Source: Elusimicrobiota bacterium (GTDB lineage Bacteria; Elusimicrobiota; Elusimicrobia; UBA1565; JACRDR01). Taken from it: a stretch of DNA of 64,000 nucleotides. Each line of letters begins with the position of its first letter. Within the stretch, counting starts at the first letter, position 1. The notes under the pieces were generated by a model. The model was given only the letters and a program-made list of their open reading frames with translations, was not told where the DNA came from and made no database searches. Where the stretch lies: assembly GCA_041694815.1 (NCBI GenBank), contig JBGFSC010000004.1:32001-96000 (forward strand). Direction: 5' to 3'. Of this stretch, positions 60,160 through 64,000 are shown piece after piece. Both the position numbers and the translations under genes were made by a program.

Positions 60160-61655
60160 TGGATATTTCTCGCCGTTCCTTCATCCGCTGGGTTATCGGC
60201 GCCGGCGCTGCGGCGGCCTGCCCTTTCCCGGTACCCGCGTCCGCCAAGAAAAATGAGGAGGTTGCTCCCGAGCTCCATAGCGAGGAATGGAAGTATTGCC
60301 ATCGCGTTCGGGACGGTAACGAACTGCGGGTGCCGACCCCGGATACGCGCTGCGATGTGGCGATCGTGGGCGGGGGGCCCAGCGGTCTGGCGGCCGCCGA
60401 CGAGCTTAAGAACGCCGATTTCGTCCTGCTCGAAAAGGAGGCGCATCCCGGAGGAAACGCCTATAGCGAATCCTGGCAGGGGCTGCAGTATTCGACGGGT
60501 TCTGCCTGGAATTCGGCCTCGGACCCGGCGTTCGTGGAGCTGGCGCGGCGCTGGAATTTCGATTGGAAGCCGATACAAGGAGGGGACTCGGCCTATTTCG
60601 ACGGCGTATGGATACGCGATTTCTGGAAGGCCGACGCCGGCCATCCCGCCTTCGAACGCCTCCCTTACGGGAGCGCGGTAAAGGACAGTTTCCGCCGATT
60701 CCTCAAGGAGATCGAGCCGATCGATCTCGAGCGGCAGAAATCAAAGCTCGACGCGCGCCCGTTTTCCGATTTCATGAAAGGCCATGCGGCCCCCCTGAAG
60801 GCGTTTTGGGACACGTTCGGCCCGTCGAATTGGGGCGCCGATACCGAGCGGACTTCCGCATATCTGGGATTGCAAGCCGCCAAAACATGGTTCCAGGAGC
60901 CCCGCTACAGTTGGGAGGGGGGCATAGGCATTGCCTCCCGCCGGATCTACGACAGCCTTCCCGCATGCTCGCGCGAGCGCATCAAGACCCGGGCGTCTGT
61001 TTTCCGCGTGCAGAGGAAAAAGCGCCGGGTTTGGGTCAGTTATTTCGACCAAGGAAAACCCCGCACCCTGGAAGCACGGGCGGCGGTGATGGCCACTCCG
61101 AAATTCATCACCAAGCATTTGGTGGAAGGCCTGCCATCCGACCAGCTTGCCGCGATGCGTCAGATGCGGTATATCCCCTATCCGGTCTATAATTTATGTT
61201 TTGATCGAGTCGTATACAATCAGGGCTATGACAATTGGGTGGTCGGAGCGAGGCATTTCACGGATTTCATCCCCGCCGATTGGGTTACCCACGCCGAGGG
61301 CGGCGATTTGGGACGCAAGCAGGTGATCACGGTCTACGCGCCCAGGCCGGAATCCGAACGCGCCGACTTTCAAGAGGATGCGAAAGCGATTGAAAAGGCC
61401 CAGGCGGCGGTGCGAGAACTTCTCGGGATTTTTCCGGGATGGCTGGATCATTTAAGCGAGGTGCGCATCTACCGCAGGGGACACCCGATGCCCGTTTCCA
61501 TGCCTGGAGTCTTCACACGGCTTCAGCCGTTGGCGGGCCGGAATCTCCCTCCCATTTTCTTCGCCCACTCCGATTCGATGGGCGAGGTCTCCGATTTTTC
61601 TTATGCGGCGTTAAACGGCATCTCCGCCGCCCGCAAGGCATCCGGAGTGCTATAA
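60159..61655 (+). CDS. Tat-exported FAD-dependent oxidoreductase (amine oxidase-like)
   Basis: SRRSFI twin-arginine signal; IVGGGPSGL; LEKE.HPGG. Confidence 0.82.
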   Translation: MDISRRSFIRWVIGAGAAAACPFPVPASAKKNEEVAPELHSEEWKYCHRVRDGNELRVPTPDTRCDVAIVGGGPSGLAAADELKNADFVLLEKEAHPGGNAYSESWQGLQYSTGSAWNSASDPAFVELARRWNFDWKPIQGGDSAYFDGVWIRDFWKADAGHPAFERLPYGSAVKDSFRRFLKEIEPIDLERQKSKLDARPFSDFMKGHAAPLKAFWDTFGPSNWGADTERTSAYLGLQAAKTWFQEPRYSWEGGIGIASRRIYDSLPACSRERIKTRASVFRVQRKKRRVWVSYFDQGKPRTLEARAAVMATPKFITKHLVEGLPSDQLAAMRQMRYIPYPVYNLCFDRVVYNQGYDNWVVGARHFTDFIPADWVTHAEGGDLGRKQVITVYAPRPESERADFQEDAKAIEKAQAAVRELLGIFPGWLDHLSEVRIYRRGHPMPVSMPGVFTRLQPLAGRNLPPIFFAHSDSMGEVSDFSYAALNGISAARKASGVL

Positions 61656-61664
61656 TCGGCTGCC

Positions 61665-62315
61665 ATGGACGCCGCCGCGCTGCAGAGAATCGCCGACGTC
61701 ATCGGGCACGAGCTGCGCAATCCTCTGGCCGTCATCAACAACTCCGCTTATTTCCTCAAGGTGAAGCTGGGCGAGGGCGCGGACGCGAAGCTGCTCAAGC
61801 ATATCAGCATCATCGAGTCCGAGCTGCGGCGGACCGACGCGCTGCTCGGCAGGATCCTATCCTACGCCAAGCCCTTCGAGGCGGCCCCCGAACCGCGGCC
61901 GCTGAGCGAGTTGTTGGAGGCGTATTTCGCCGAAAACGTCCTTCCGGACCGCATAAAAGCGGAGCGGGATTCGACGTGCAAAAGCGAGGTTCTGGCCGAC
62001 GCCGAGGGCTTCAAGAGGGCGCTCAAGGAGCTTGTCGACAACGCCGTGGAGGCGATGGAGCAAGGGGGGACGTTGGAGACCCGTTGCTCGGTTGCGCCCG
62101 GGCGCGCCGAGATCATCTTGTCCGATAGCGGGCCGGGAATCTCTGCGGAGGTCCGGCGGCATCTCTTCGAGCCGTTTTTCACGACCAAGACCAAGAAACT
62201 GGGATTGGGCCTGGCCCTCGCGCGTAAGATCATCGAGGCCCAAGGCGGCAGCCTGGAGCATCTCGAGTCGAAGCAAGGCGCCTCATTCCGCATCGGCTTG
62301 CCCCTGACGGGCTGA
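61665..62315 (+). CDS. Histidine kinase core without sensor domain
   Basis: [32 protein letters not shown]. Confidence 0.88.
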   Translation: MDAAALQRIADVIGHELRNPLAVINNSAYFLKVKLGEGADAKLLKHISIIESELRRTDALLGRILSYAKPFEAAPEPRPLSELLEAYFAENVLPDRIKAERDSTCKSEVLADAEGFKRALKELVDNAVEAMEQGGTLETRCSVAPGRAEIILSDSGPGISAEVRRHLFEPFFTTKTKKLGLGLALARKIIEAQGGSLEHLESKQGASFRIGLPLTG

Positions 62316-62394
62316 CGGAAAGTCAATAAAGTGGAGAAAGTGGATGCCTGGCACCATAAAATGTTTTAATAGGATCATGAGAAAAGGAGAATCC

Positions 62395-63015
62395 ATGGCC
62401 TTCATCATCCCTCAAGTCATCGAGCGCTCCAACCAAGGTTCGGTGGTCGGCTACGACATTTATTCGCGCCTGCTCAAGGACCGCATCATCTTCGTCGGCG
62501 GCTACGAAGGCGCCGTGACGACCGACTCGGCGAATGTGCTCATCGCACAGCTCTTGTACCTCGAGTCCGAGGACCCGGACAAGGACATCAACCTCTATAT
62601 CAACTCCCCGGGCGGCATGGTCACCGCCGGCCTGGCTGTCTACGACACGATGCAGTACATCAAGTGTCCGATCACGACCATCTGCATCGGCATGGCCATG
62701 TCCTTCGGGGCCGTGCTGCTGGCGGCGGGAAGCAAGGGCCGGCGTTTCGCGCTGCCGCAGTCGCGGATCATGATCCACCAGCCGCTCATCTCGGGCGAGG
62801 GCATCTCCGGCCAGGCTACCGACATCGAGGTCGAGGCCAAGGAAATGATGAAGACCAAGCAGATCCTCAACGAGATATTGGCGCGCCATACCGGCCAACC
62901 GATCGAGAAGATCGCCAAGGACGCCGAGCGCAATTTTTACCTGTCCGCCGAGGATGCCAAGAAGTACGGGATCATCGACGAGGTCATCGAGAACGCCAAA
63001 TCCGTAAAAGCGTGA
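62395..63015 (+). CDS. clpP: Clp protease proteolytic subunit
   Basis: [40 protein letters not shown]. Confidence 0.96.
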   Translation: MAFIIPQVIERSNQGSVVGYDIYSRLLKDRIIFVGGYEGAVTTDSANVLIAQLLYLESEDPDKDINLYINSPGGMVTAGLAVYDTMQYIKCPITTICIGMAMSFGAVLLAAGSKGRRFALPQSRIMIHQPLISGEGISGQATDIEVEAKEMMKTKQILNEILARHTGQPIEKIAKDAERNFYLSAEDAKKYGIIDEVIENAKSVKA

Positions 63016-63037
63016 CCTAACCGTTGCCTAGCCGGCC

Positions 63038-63067
63038 TAGACAAGCCGGGGAGGCATCCGCTATAAT
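63038..63067 (+). promoter_or_regulatory. Sigma70 promoter of hrcA
   Basis: TAGACA-18 nt-TATAAT. Confidence 0.65.
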
Positions 63068-63068
63068 A

Positions 63069-63095
63069 CTAGCACTCACATATTTAGAGTGCTAA
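63069..63095. promoter_or_regulatory. CIRCE operator
   Basis: CTAGCACTC-N9-GAGTGCTAA, one mismatch from the TTAGCACTC-N9-GAGTGCTAA consensus, directly before hrcA. Confidence 0.95.
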
Positions 63096-63096
63096 T

Positions 63097-64000
63097 ATGC
63101 GCCAGCTAGACCCGCGCGTCGTTGAAAAGCGCAAACGCCGGCTCCTGCAATGGGTGATCCATTCCTACATCAAGTCATCCAAGCCCATTGCCTCGCAGGA
63201 TATTTCGGAGGAAGCCGGCTTGGGGCTCTCGAGCGCTAGCATCCGCAACCTGCTCAAGGAGCTCGAGGACGAGGGATTCCTGCAGCAGCCTCACACCTCC
63301 GCCGGTCGCATCCCTACCGATAAGGGCTACCGCTTTTACGTCGATTATGTCACCCGTCTGCAGCGCCTGGCCGCCGAGGAGAAGGCCCGCATCGAAAGCG
63401 AGTACGCGAGCCGCGTCGCGGAGATGGACAACATCCTTTCCCAGACATCGCGGCTCTTGTCGCATGTTTCGCATTCCGCCGGCCTGGTGCTCTCGCCGAA
63501 AATGGAAAAGCAGCACTTAAAACGCCTCGAGCTCATCCCCCTCGGCGGTAAGCAGGTCTTGGCGGTCCTGGTCACGCAGGCCGGTTTGGTGCGGCATTGG
63601 CCGATCAATCTCAGCTTCGCGCCGACGGCCTCGCGCGTCAACATGCTCAATCGTTTTTTAAACGACCATATCCAGGGCAAGTCGATCCAAGAGGTGCAGC
63701 AGTCGGTCGAGGCCAGGATCGAGCAGGCTTCCCGGGAGATCCAGGAGCTGGGGGATTTGGCCGGACGGCTGCTCAAGGAGATGGCGGATTTCGCCCAGCC
63801 GGCCGAGCTGTATCTCGACGGGACGACCAACATCCTGGCTCATCCCGAGGAAATCGGCGACCCTCGCGAGATGCAGTCGCTCATACGCGTCATCGAGGAA
63901 AAGCAGGCCTTGGCCGAGGTCCTGCAGCGCATCGTCGAGGAGTCGCCGGAGAAGGGGCCCAGGGCCATGGTGCGCATCGGTGGGGAAACGCGGCGCACCG
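63097..64000 (+). CDS. hrcA: Heat-inducible transcription repressor (3' end beyond the window)
   Basis: Manual translation: SSASIRNLL.ELE.EGFL.QPHTSAGRIPTDKGYRFYVD; preceded by CIRCE. Confidence 0.96.
   Translation, partial: MRQLDPRVVEKRKRRLLQWVIHSYIKSSKPIASQDISEEAGLGLSSASIRNLLKELEDEGFLQQPHTSAGRIPTDKGYRFYVDYVTRLQRLAAEEKARIESEYASRVAEMDNILSQTSRLLSHVSHSAGLVLSPKMEKQHLKRLELIPLGGKQVLAVLVTQAGLVRHWPINLSFAPTASRVNMLNRFLNDHIQGKSIQEVQQSVEARIEQASREIQELGDLAGRLLKEMADFAQPAELYLDGTTNILAHPEEIGDPREMQSLIRVIEEKQALAEVLQRIVEESPEKGPRAMVRIGGETRRT

Overview
High-GC diderm bacterial chromosome segment; the PorV-like barrel, SpoVG and many signal-peptide hypothetical proteins suggest Elusimicrobiota or a similar lineage (inference). 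Housekeeping content: gcvTHP, sdhCAB, pyrE/purB, mtgA, clpP, hrcA with a CIRCE operator, and tRNA-Phe. A large purine catabolism cluster (about 40.1-53.6 kb) has PuuD split from a separate dihaem cytochrome c, and a cytochrome gene inserted next to a duplicated gene 3' end. Many secreted hydrolases are present. The best candidate for an undescribed system is an operon (12.7-16.2 kb) with a glycine-zipper membrane protein and three paralogues. Each paralogue has a Sec signal, a conserved EEQAVASRPxFEG motif and a second, internal lipoprotein signal. Upstream of the operon are three 23-bp-phased palindromic boxes (about TAGGCC-N4-GGCCTA) that recur before other secreted-protein genes. Also seen: a MITE-like hairpin element, probable CTG start codons, many apparently leaderless genes, a deleted toxin-antitoxin remnant and a Ser-His-Asn ClpP. 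All family calls come from motif recognition; no searches were run.
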